Positions 29,301 through 41,109 of a stretch of 64,000 nt of DNA are shown here, in pieces. The notes under the pieces were generated by a model. The model was not told the origin of the DNA and searched no databases. It saw only the letters and a list, made by a program, of their open reading frames with translations. The DNA is from Chrysomallon squamiferum (taxonomy: Eukaryota > Animalia > Mollusca). Each line of letters opens with the position of its first letter. Position 1 is the first letter of the stretch. The translations under genes and the position numbers were made by a program. The stretch is taken from contig CM022675.1 in the NCBI GenBank assembly GCA_012295275.1, positions 7,006,001 through 7,070,000 of the forward strand, in the 5' to 3' direction.

Positions 29301-30949
29301 GAAGTTGAAGTTCTAATATATGAAGGTTTTAATGTACATAAAAGATTGAATGTTATATTGGTTTTTACATCATTTTAAATTTTGTGAAGATACATATTTT
29401 TTTTATTAGTTTGTATATACTTTTAATTTATAATTGTAAATAAGTTCTTATCATTAATAAGTTGTTGTTGAGGGAATGTGTAAACTTTAAAAAAAATGTA
29501 TTCTTTTTTTATATATTTAGACTTTAATTATTATATAAGCTGCCTTCAAAGAACTGTGATAAAAGTTAATTTTTAAAAACTAATTCTGTTTTAGTTAATA
29601 GGCTCAAAATAATGAAACTGGAAAAAAAATTAATTGTTAAATGTACTTTCCATTTATTGGTAAAATGCACTTTAGATGTCTGTATCTACTTCTGTTACTT
29701 GTATTCTGTTTTTTTTTCATTCTTTCTGTCAGTCTCTTTTTCTCCCTATCCCTATCACTATCCTATTTTTTTCTCTCTCTTTCTTTATCTGTTCATCACT
29801 ATCTTTCTTTCTCATTCTCATTCTCTCTGTCTTTGTGTCTGTCTGTCTGTCTGACTCTTTCAATGCTATTTAAAACAAATTTAAAATGTATTGTGTATTT
29901 TTAATATATAGTCCAATCATGGGCAAACATACATATTATTTAAAATGCTGCGTTTACAAGAAATTTTTCAAACAACAAAACATTCATGACCATTGTCAGT
30001 TCATTCTGGCCCACTTGAAGATTTGTTGATCTGTGCAAATCTAACAAGAATGCTGGTCGTCATAAATACACAAAGGTTGTTGAGTCTTGTATAACCTTAT
30101 TTAGCAATCCTTTTACAAATATCTCCTAAACTTCTACACACTCTTTCCATACACCCAGGGTCACAAATGACTTCTTAGGAGACCTCTTCAATTAGTCAGC
30201 TTTTCTGACCTCAGCATGAACGAAGGAAAGTTTGTTTATTTTAAATGTTGAAATAAAATTGCGAGGGTCGGTTGTATAGAAAAAGAAGGTATGCGTGGTG
30301 AATAGGTAAATCTTACATGGTTAGTTTGTGTTAGGTTTGTTGAAAGAGTTGGGTACCTGGGTACTCGTTTTTAATGGGTGGGTTGTTGACTCCTAAATAT
30401 GTCCTAAGCAAGTGCTCTAACCTCTTTGAAGCTTCCCTAAATTCCCATTCCAACTAAGTATATATTAAACGTTATGGTATGTGTTTTCCTGTGAGTGATG
30501 TGTATGTATGTGTAATCCCATATTGATAAACAGCAAATAGCCTATGAAATCAGATTTCTGTTCTTTATTAATAATAATTATTATTGTGATTGTTGCTGCT
30601 GTTGCTATTGTGTGAAAACTGCTGTTAAGTATTTCAAATAATTAAAAATTAATACAAAATTGGGATATTTATAAGAGATTACATTTATTTTTATCTTAAT
30701 TCTTTCTCTCTTTTTTCATTTTATTTTATTTTATTTTTTGTAATTACAAATTTATAATAAAATTTAAAATAAAAGCTATCAATAACAAAATAATAATAAC
30801 ATAAAATACAAATTGAAATAATAAAAAAAAAAGCAAAAAAAAAAAGAAGAAGAAGCATCTAATAACCTTTTAGATAAATATCAATAAAAGTCAGAAGACT
30901 GTTTTTATCTTTTCTTTACAACTGCACAACAACAGCATACAACTTCAAA

Positions 30950-30992
30950 ATGTCAGATAACAACATTTTGTGTGTTTGTTCAGGTATTACAG
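30950..30992 (+). CDS. Candidate alternative first coding exon of DLGAP (MSDNNILCVCSGIT)
   Basis: caaaATG context, 43 nt, donor CAG|GTATGT in phase 1; a second phase 1 donor lies 9 nt upstream. Confidence 0.4.
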
Positions 30993-31393
30993 GTATGTGA
31001 CTTAATCATATGCAATCTTTGTGTAATATTATCCACCCTGTCATATCATTTGTATTCAGATAGCAGATAACAAATATGTGTGATGAAACAAAACGATAAG
31101 TCGAAGTTAAAAATGAAAATTTGCACGACTGCTTTTGTTCTGTGGTTACATACAAGCAAAAGTATGTGGCTCCAAAATTAGAGTGATGCTATATGATTTG
31201 TTGGGGTTTTTTTTTTTTCAGTTAGGTTAGGTATAGCTGATATTAAAACAGCTTTTATGTGTCTTAAAAAAGTTTATATTAAAACATTTTTGCACATATG
31301 GTTTATATAGTATTTTTATAAGATTTATACAACATGCACAGTACTTTTTATAAAATATTAAAAATGTATTCCATCTTCTATATTTTTCATTTT

Positions 31394-31434
<41 letters not shown>

Positions 31435-31591
31435 GCACAGTACTCTTTATAAAATATTAAAAATGTAATCCATCTTGTACTTTAATTTTCCTCTTTTTTA
31501 GTCTCTTTCTCTCTCTTTCTGCAAACTGATATAAATCTGAAAAGGTGCTTTTCATTCTGTTTTTAGCATCTGATATCTTAAGGATTTTTTT

Positions 31592-31626
<35 letters not shown>

Positions 31627-31980
31627 CTCTCATCTGTTTTTACCTCCTCATGACATACACACACACATATTTTTTTTTTCTTTTTTATCCTCTAACATCT
31701 TCTCATTTTACATAGTTATTTTCTCTACATCTTTGTCAGTTAGTGATATAGTGAGGCTTCTGCCAGATGTCTGAGTGAGTGAGTATATCTGCTGCTACTG
31801 CACACCTATAAGTTTTCACCTGAAAACACCTGGATAAAGAACTCTTTGATGTATGTGTATGACTCATACAGCCTTTAACCTTCGTGGTGTATTTTTTTAA
31901 TTAAAAAAAAAGAATTCTGATTTCTTTAACATCTGTCATATAAAGTTTATACCTGCTTGTTAGTCATTTATGTGTGTGTA

Positions 31981-32052
<72 letters not shown>

Positions 32053-32948
32053 GAGTATATCTGTTTATATATATATATATATATTTATGTAGACATATTG
32101 ATGTGAGGAATGTGCTAATGTTGTAAACCATGAACTTATTTTCTTTTGACTTTATCATGTATATAAACAAAATTACTATTTATTTTAGACAAAAAAAACA
32201 AAACAAAAAACACACAGAGAGACTAATACATACATGCTAGTATACACATACTGTCACATGTTTATCTTTTTTCCCCTTCATTTATGCTGTTGCATAATGT
32301 ATATCCTTAAGCCAAATAAAGAAATATTTTTGGAAGAATATTTGTGACCCAGAGTTATTTTATCTCAATGAATACATTACATTGCTGTAATTCTTGCTGT
32401 TGTTTTAATTAGTAGGGTTATTTTGTTGTTTTGTTTCTTCCTCGTTTTTATCCTGTAGGTTATCAGAAAATTTAATTTAAAACTTACAGTTACACTGATA
32501 GGATAAAATAAGTTTGCATAATGTACCATATGATTCAAGCTTACTTATTATACTATAGCACAGTGACAAGAACAGTTGTTAGGAAGTGTTCCTGTTGATC
32601 AGTTTCCTGTTCCAACCAGGGACACATGACTCATTTATCAAAGACCTTCTTATAAACCTTATTAACAGATATTTATATATATATATATATATTACACAGA
32701 GGAAACCTTAATTTATTGAAAATTTTGATTTTTCCTTCATAATTTCGGTAACTGAAGATCTTTTCCTTCTTCTTCTTCATTTTCCATATCTAAATAAACA
32801 TTTATCTCAGAACACTTTGTTTCCCCAGTATTACTGGCACTCCATATTAGTTAGTATTCTAGCTCCATTTTCGTTTGCTCTTTCTCTTCTTTTTTTTTTT
32901 TCCATTCTTTATTTTTAAACACCTTTATTTAAGTGCCTAAACATGCTC

Positions 32949-32980
<32 letters not shown>

Positions 32981-34340
32981 CCAGTGCCAGGCGGCACCAG
33001 TGAGTTTCATTCAGTAGTGTTGTTGATAAAGCCTGCTGTGGCTCACAGGTTCAGAAGTTATTTCCATCCAAGTCTATTCCTGGAAGTCAGTGTGCTCAGT
33101 TTTCTCTAGGGTAGTATCAGCCTTAGTAGTACTACTCTCTCTCTCTCTCTCTCTCCATTGTCAAACTGATTGAAACAGTTAACAGTGAAATCTGCTGGGA
33201 GGTTTAAAACTGACTGTTTCGATTTTTTGAGTAAAGAAAGAGAAAACTTGTGTGTTCTTGACAGTAAGTAAGAAGAGTTTGATTTTTGTAACGGAATCCA
33301 TATCATTTGTCTGACTTAGTTCATGTTGGCAAAAGTTAGAAATATTAAAATTTATTTTAATGATATCTTAAGGAAAGTAGATTAAGTGTCAGTAAATTTT
33401 ATTTGATAAGATGGTCTCATTTGTTTAACTTAATCTAAGCAAAAGTTAAAACATAAAATTTGTTTTGATTGATATCGTAAAGAAAGTTAATTAAGGAAAG
33501 TAAATTATTTCGTAGAATGGCCACTTGTCTAGTTTAAGCTTAGCAAATGTTTTAATAAAAAGTTTCTTTTGATTGAAATCTTAAAGAAACTAAATTATGT
33601 AGGATATTTTTAGAATAGTGTCTAACTTACACTGAGCAAATGTTAAATCTGTTTTACCTGACTAATATTAAATTAATAACAGGTAGATTTGTTATTTTAT
33701 GTTACTGATGGAATATATACCGGTAAATTTTAACGTGTGAAATCTGAATTGTTCAAAACACACTATGAAAAATAAGTAAAAGTAGGTGAATTTTATTTTT
33801 ATCATTCTGATAGTCAATTAAGCTGAGCAACTGTTTAATTGTGAAATCTGTTTTGACAGAAATGTTGAAGAAACTAAATTAAATTGTCATAAATCAGTTT
33901 TAGCATCTTCATGTAGCGAATGAACATTAACTTTTTAATTGGGCTGCATGTTTGCATGTGTGTGTATTTGTGTGTGCATTTGTGTCTGTGTGTACATACA
34001 TTGCAAAACAGAAAATGATTGTATAGTCATAACTACAAAGTTTTTTGTTTTTTGTTTTTTTTTTTAATCTATTCAAACTGGATATATGTATTACATATGT
34101 GTGTGGATATATATCATATTCTCACACACACAGAAGTCTAGTTACATCAATTTATTATCAACATTTATTATCAACATGAGTTGATGCTCTACATATTAAA
34201 ACTAATTCATCATAAATTAATTAACATTATAAATTTTCTTGTTTGTTTGTTTACTTATTTATCTAATATTTTATTTTATTTTTTATTATTTTTTTATTTA
34301 TCTGTCTATCTTAGTCACACACTGACTCACTCACTCATCC

Positions 34341-34371
<31 letters not shown>

Positions 34372-34395
34372 TTTGTTTGTTTATCTATGTTACAG

Positions 34396-34916
34396 CCAGT
34401 GAACCATCATTGCTGAGTGGATCAAGTCACGCAAGTCAGCCTGGATCAAAACAAGTAGTTCTGAGTGAAGACTTAGTCAACACGACTGACGGACAACTCT
34501 CCGCAGGATCCACCTCCGGAAGGAGAGTTCACGACAAGGGACACAACTCCAATTCGAGCAACAAGGAAAATGCAGTGCCCAGCTTGCTCTCTCCGGTGTC
34601 TGTCAAGCCAGATATTCTGGTTCAAGACTCTCCGAGGAAGCCTTCGTATCTGAAACTGAGCTGTGCTGTTAGTGGTTATGGGAAGTACAGTCGGTATTCG
34701 TCCTACAAGAACATAGAGAAACGGTCGCCATTTTCGAGTACATCCTCCCTTCGTTCGGACCAAAGCTCACCAGACATGCCTTCCATACAGAGTCCAGCTG
34801 GTAATTGTTTAAGGACTCCTGTGTCACTACATGGACCTATACCAGTCACCACAAATGGATCACTAGTGAATGGACACTCAAAACTTACAGTGCATCCTAC
34901 GGGAGATAGTGTGAAG
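34396..34916 (+). CDS. DLGAP: DLGAP coding exon 2 (ASEPSLLSGSS...GDSVK)
   Basis: tacag acceptor, phase 1 entry; AAG|GTGAGA donor, phase 0; open frame; contains RKPSYLKL. Confidence 0.88.
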
Positions 34917-36205
34917 GTGAGATGTGTTGGATTGTTTTTTTGATTTTTGGGGTTTTAAACTGGGATAAGAAATTTTTTAATGGATAGCATAAACATTTCT
35001 GAGGATTTTTTAATAAACTTAAAGCTTTGTTTCTGTAATGATATTTTGTATATCATATCACATTTTTTATCTATCTAGTATTATGCCTGTTTATCATCTT
35101 TTACTATTCTTGTAATAAAAAAAATATATAATAATTAGTTTGCAGTATGCATCTTGGTAATGAAAAGATTAAAGTAAAAAAATTATGCTTGAGAAAGTCC
35201 AGACATCTTACCTGCAGCTTAGTTAATTTGTTATATATGCAAATATTAGTTCCTATAAATTATAACTTCATATATATATATATATATATTTAGTTTAATA
35301 CTGCTCTTTAATTTACAAGAACCATCCAAAATTTTTTAATATTTTAAACATTTGCTTTTTTCTTTATATATTAATATATATTAATGGTCTGATAAATATG
35401 TAATGATATAATAATTAATACTGTATAATGCACTTTTTTTTTTTTTTTTTAAATTATGTGATCTTATTTCTGTAATAGCTTCAAATTTTAAAAGATTTTT
35501 TTTTTTTTTCGTTTATTTGTTTTGTTGTTTTTTTTTTTTTTTAATTGACTTTTAACAATAATTTCATATTTTAAATGTTACCATTCAAATTTTGGTTCAG
35601 TGGTGGGAAAAAAAAATATTTTTTTTTTTATAAATTGTTTCTCATAAGACAGAACTAGGTTATTCAATTTCTTTTTCACAGAGCAGGACTGATGAAAATC
35701 AGATTGACTCTATTTCCGGTGGTTAATAGCATTTGAGTTACTTAACTCAAAATTTAGCTGTCATATATATCATTCCTCACTGTGTTTATATCTCTATACT
35801 TACTGTGTCAAGATGTGAGTGCCTGCCTGCGAAAAAGATCTGTATATGGAATGTGGGGAAAGTGTTTATGTAAATCCTGATAAAATATAGAGAGAATTTA
35901 AAAGAAAAAAAAAAAAAAGAAATTTCAAAGGATATATATATACATATAAGTAAAAGAAGGATGTTTTTTTAATTTTTTTTCCTCTGCATTTTTAATCCTC
36001 TGAAATTTATTCCATCATTTTCTTTCTTTCTTTCGTATCTCATTTACTCCTTTTCTTAACTCCTTTTCTCCTTTCCTTATTTCTCTCTCTCTTTCTCTTT
36101 CTCACTGTTTTTTATCACTTACATCATCTTCTTTCTTGCTTTTTTTTTAGCAGTTTTATCTTTTTTTACTTTAACATAAAATCTTAAATAACTGCACCAT
36201 AGAGG

Positions 36206-36236
<31 letters not shown>

Positions 36237-37354
36237 ATTAATCTAATATTAAACACAGCTTGAACATGTAACATAATGATTATATTTTATGTCTAGCTAT
36301 CATTAAAAAGAAAATTTCCTTTCATTAATATTTATTTGATCCAGAGGAAATGAAATAACATGTGATACCCTGATGATAAAAGATATCATCATTTTTTTTC
36401 TTTTTTTTTTTTTTTTTTTTCTCTCTCTCTTTCTCTCTCTCTTTTACTCTTTTATTTATTTTATTTTATTATTATTTATTTATTTATTTACTTATTTATT
36501 GCTAATTTAGTGAATGGCCATCTTCATACCAGGAAGATATATTTTTTATTATTCTTTTTTTTTTTTTTAATATTAAAATTTTCTTTCTTTTCTTCTTATT
36601 TCTATTAAATAGATAGGTATTTAGCTAGAAAAATGATTGAAATTGTATAACATTTAAAAAAAAGAGAAAACATGAGAAAATCAAAAATAATATAAAGTAA
36701 ATGATTCCATCCCATCTAAAAGTAACCTTGGCTTAGAAAAAGATTACTTGCTGCTGATTGATTTCAGTCATCCATGAAGTGGCAATAATGTATTTCTTTT
36801 CTCATATAAAAATTACACAAAACTCAATCAATAAGTGATAATAAAAAGACAGAAAGTTTACTGTATTAAATGGTCATTTTATGTAACCAAAAATTTATCT
36901 TCATTTGGTATATGACATTTATTTTTATTTTTAATTTTATTCTCTCTCTCTCTCTCTCTCTCTCTCAAGTAGTTTGACAGAAACATTTTAAAGGTTGACA
37001 TGACCTTTTCATTCCATGTTTTTTAAAAAGGAAATTAACTAACAAATATTTTTATATTTTCCACTAATGAAAAGATAAATTTTTTTTTTTTTTTTATCTG
37101 TTTTAAAGATAGGATAAATAAAATATTTTTTTTTATTATTATTTATTTGATCTTTTTTTTTTTTTTTTTTTTTTTCATAAAATGTCATAACATTTTTTAT
37201 CTTCTTTTTTTTCCATATTAAAAAAAAAAAAGAAAAAAAAAAAGAAAATAACTAACAAAAACTAGTTCTTTATATAACCAAGATATTTTAAGAGAAATAT
37301 TTTTATATTTTCCACTAATGAAACTACATAAATTTATGTTTCTATCTGCTTCAG

Positions 37355-37460
37355 GATGGTCAGTATTTTCTTGAAGCCACCAACATAGAAATAGAACGTT
37401 TGCAATCATTTATTAGCAGAGCAGAAGCTGATATGCGAAGTTGCTCCTTGTCAGAAGAAG
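37355..37460 (+). CDS. DLGAP: DLGAP coding exon 3, start of GH1 domain (DGQYFLEATNIEIERLQSF...SEE)
   Basis: ttcag acceptor; GAAG|GTACAG donor; resembles vertebrate GKAP 'RDGHWFLKLLQAETERM' as recalled; phases 0 to 1. Confidence 0.92.
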
Positions 37461-38066
37461 GTACAGGATATTTCTTACTTGGTTACCTCCCCTTACAAAG
37501 CTTCTTTTGTTTGTATGGTGTTTTGGGGGTTGTTAATTTTTTCTATCTCTCTCTCTCCTTCTCTTAAATTATATAAAGATACTGGCATTGATGTTGGCAA
37601 AATGAATAATAATAAAAAGAAAACATAAAAATAATTACATAAATTTTTAAAAGGTATATGCTATTAATATATAAAAAAGCCTTGAGGATAGTTTAAAATG
37701 TGTCCAGGAGCATTTATTTTTAAAACATTTTAAAGTGCATTTTAGTGTTTGAATTCAGAGGCTTTATATATGGTTGCACTTGAAAGTTTTTAAAAAAATT
37801 TAAAGTAATAAATAAAATCTGCCATTTATATATTTACTTTTTGTAGAGCTTTTCTCTTTTTTTTTTTTTTTTTTCTTTTTAACCTTTCTTTTTCTTTATT
37901 ATTATTATTATTATTTTTATTACAGAATTCTTTATTACTTATTTATTAACTCCAGCTTAATGGGTTTTTTTTTTGTTTTTTTTTTTTTTTTTCCTTAAAT
38001 GGAAATTTAATGAAAAGTCAAATTAACACATTTTCTGTAAAAAAAAAAAAAAAATTCTATTTTCAG

Positions 38067-38158
38067 CTTGTGGTAGGATGAGGTCTGCCATAGGAAAAGC
38101 CAATCTGTTAATAAAACAGAAATTCGAGCAGTTCAGAGAGCTCTGTCATCAACACATG
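38067..38158 (+). CDS. DLGAP: DLGAP coding exon 4, GH1 domain (ACGRMRSAIGKANLLIKQKFEQFRELCHQHM)
   Basis: tttcag acceptor; ATG|GTAAGT donor; matches GH1 motif 'GKIRTAVGSAQLLMAQKFxQFRELC'. Confidence 0.95.
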
Positions 38159-38215
38159 GTAAGTATATTAAGAAGTATGATAAGGATAAGCATATCTCCA
38201 TAAGGATAAGCATCT

Positions 38216-38246
<31 letters not shown>

Positions 38247-38991
38247 ATGTATGTATGTATACATCCATTATAACCAATCTGTCAATTTCCCCCAACAGGC
38301 TAAATGAGTATATGAAGTGTTATGTAAATGTTTATTGTAAAGATGTTGGTATGTGTATAGATAATAGAAAGATTCTATTGTTTGTTTTAAGACGCGTAAG
38401 AAAGGGATTAGAATTAAAAGAGATTGGGAGGTTGGGGGTAGTGAATGGGTACAGATTAGGACAGGAGGGACAGCTAATGGAGATAAATTGAGAGAGAAGG
38501 GGAGAGGATATCGATTTGGGAGTGGTAGATTGGGAGAAAGAAGGTATTTCCTTTAGGAATGATGCATTCAAGCACAACTTGGATATTTAAAACAGTTCGT
38601 CAAGACCTAGGGTTGTAGTAATGCAAGCTATTTCAGTTAACAGTGAAGTAAAGAGTCATTTATATCTCATGTTTCTTGTTGAAGTTTTAAAGACAACAGA
38701 TTTCTTTTTATAAAATACAATCAAGAGTGAATGAAATATATACCCACTGTTTAGGCTAAGCATCATTAACTTCAAGTTATTTTAAGTGAATGCTGAAAAG
38801 AAGTTAGTCACTATTCAGTAACTCTCTCTATATATATATATGTATACCATACATGACACACACACACACACACACAATGTGTTTCTGCATCTTTATGTTT
38901 TTGTCTCAATTCCTTTTTAAAAAAACATTTCTAAATTTTCATTTTTTTCTTTCCATCCCTTTTTCTCCATTTTTCTTTCTCTTTCTGTTTT

Positions 38992-39022
<31 letters not shown>

Positions 39023-39753
39023 CACATATTAACAAACACATTAACACAATTAAACTTGAGAGCCTGTGTAATAAGCAAGTTCATATTACAATTTCTAATG
39101 TAGCCTGGTGTCAGTCTGTTTGCTTCGTTGCCTCTGTGGTATTTTCTCTGAGGTATCTGGGCTAATCAGTTTTATCTTAATGTCACACAGGTGAAATCTG
39201 TGTCGTGCTTCACTGTCAGGTGTTTTTTGAAATACCTGTACTATTTTCTTTTTTTTAGTTTTTCCTCTCTCTCTCTCTTGGGGTTTGATAACCATTTGTT
39301 AATATTGGTTTGGTCTTTTATAAACAATAATTTAATAATTATAACTGGTTTGATAAATAATAAAGTATTTGTTTTTTTCTCAAAGAGGTTAGTTAAAAAG
39401 TAAAACTAGCAATAATATAGCATAATTATATTTAACACTTAATAATGTAAGACATCATATTATTAAATATAAAGATGTTTTGAAACATTTTGTTATTGTT
39501 AAGTTGTAATTGGGTGTATATGGGTGTGAGGGAGGTAGAAATTCAGGGAGGGAAAGGAGGGAGAAAAAGAATGTGAAAAAAAAAAAAGAACTTATGAATA
39601 GAAATAGAAATAGATTAATTCAGATAGATAGAAATAAATTTTCCAATTGAAAAACATGACATGTTTTCCTGTCTGCTTAGTAAAATACTTTGTTTCAATG
39701 TTAAGTTAAAATGCTTTATAAAGCATAATATAATACACTTGTTCGTTTGACAG

Positions 39754-39900
39754 CGTCCTGATGTAAATGAGAAGGAGACCAAGTGGGAAGATCTTCAGGG
39801 ATTCTGGGATATGGTGAAGATTCAGGTGGACAGTGTTGAAGATTCGTTTGCTGAAATTGAGCTGATGAGACAGAATGGCTGGAAAGAAGTGCCACAGCAG
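39754..39900 (+). CDS. DLGAP: DLGAP coding exon 5, GH1 domain (RPDVNEKETKWEDLQGFWDMVKIQVDSVEDSFAEIELMRQNGWKEVPQQ)
   Basis: gacag acceptor; hallmark DLxGFWDM...F.E..L...N.W motif; weak donor CAG|GTTCTT; phases 0 to 0. Confidence 0.94.
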
Positions 39901-40234
39901 GTTCTTTCAATTTTTACATTTTGTGTGTGTGTGTGTGTGTGAGTGTGTGTGTGAGTGTGAGGGAGAGGGAGAGGGAGCGAGGGAGAGGGAGAGGGAGAGG
40001 GAGCAAGAGAGAGGGAGCGAGAGAGAGAGAAAAGAAAGGAAGAGAATTACGAAGAAAGAAAAAGCTAATATTTGTAAAAGGGTGTCTATCAGTCTCCTTA
40101 TACAATTATTCTTGTTTCTTTTTTTTTCTTACTCATTTATTTGTTTATTTCACGATTACTCATTTTATTTTTAATATTTTCATCTGATTTTTTCTTCTTT
40201 TTTTTAATATTAATAATTTCAATTTTATTTTTAG

Positions 40235-40316
40235 GTTGCATCTAGGCGAAGTTCGACTAGTTCTAGTCCAAAGTCAGGAAGTCTGTCTCAGAGCAGCACA
40301 CCTTGCCACACACCAG
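40235..40316 (+). CDS. DLGAP: DLGAP coding exon 6 (VASRRSSTSSSPKSGSLSQSSTPCHTP)
   Basis: ttttag acceptor; CAG|GTAAGT donor; supplies the phase 0 to 1 link needed to reach exon 7. Confidence 0.88.
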
Positions 40317-40326
40317 GTAAGTTTTC

Positions 40327-40414
40327 ACACCTGTACATTTACCCGAGACCTCATTAAGCACACCTGTACATTTACAACGAGACCTCATTAAGCACACCTG
40401 TACATCTTACCGAG
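40327..40414. repeat. Minisatellite, about 33 bp unit, about 2.6 copies
   Basis: cacacctgtacatttac..cgagacctcattaag repeated just after the exon 6 donor. Confidence 0.9.
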
Positions 40415-40915
40415 TATTTTATTGTTTGTAAGTCAGCAAAATTTCTTTCATTTCTGAATTTTTCTTGTTTCTTTATGTTGTAGCTGAATCTTGGTTTTAT
40501 GTATATATTTGATATCGATACTGAAATGTTATTTTGGTCTAATGTGAACAGAAGATCAATGTGATGTGGTATGTTGCTGGTTCAATCCTTTTCAGTAGCA
40601 TTTACAAACTTTTTTAAAATATTTTGATTTTATTTTTTATAATCTTTATTAGTCTTCTAATCTTTTCTCTTATTTTATTATTATTATTAGTATTAGTATT
40701 AGTAGTATTTATATATATATACACACACACTTCATTGTTTATTGTTTGTATTTTTTAATTTTTGTTCTTTTTCAGTCAATAAGTGCTTTATGATTATTAT
40801 GATCATTATCATCATCATCATCATCATTGATCATCACAGTTATCATTGTTCTAATGTATTTTTTTATTTTATTAATGAGTATATTATTTTTATTGTTTGC
40901 TGTCTGATGTTTCAG

Positions 40916-41109
40916 GATCAAAACGTAAAGGTCTGAAGACAAAGGACACGCCCGACTCTTCCCCAGAGCGGACGCAAAAAGCAAAACAGGCTGCAAAAGC
41001 TCGGGACGATGCTCGGAAGAAGATTCTGGCAGACAAACGAGCCGCGATGAAGCAGAAGAAAGAAAACCAGGAAGTGGAAATTTATTTGCCAGAGAACGGG
41101 AAAAAATGA
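40916..41109 (+). CDS. DLGAP: DLGAP last coding exon (GSKRK...ARKKILADKRAA...EVEIYLPENGKK*)
   Basis: ttcag acceptor, phase 1; resembles the GKAP tail 'ARKRLMAAKRAA...IEIYIPE'; spliced CDS totals 2709 nt (902 aa plus stop). Confidence 0.92.

Noticed and set aside
39901-39942. Intron retention at the weak donor giving a CaaX-like end (VLSIFTFCVCVCV*)
   Set aside because: The cysteines come from a (TG)n microsatellite and nothing supports function
40560-40600. GGTTCAATCC B-box suggesting a tRNA gene
   Set aside because: No cloverleaf or convincing A-box; at most a decayed SINE fragment
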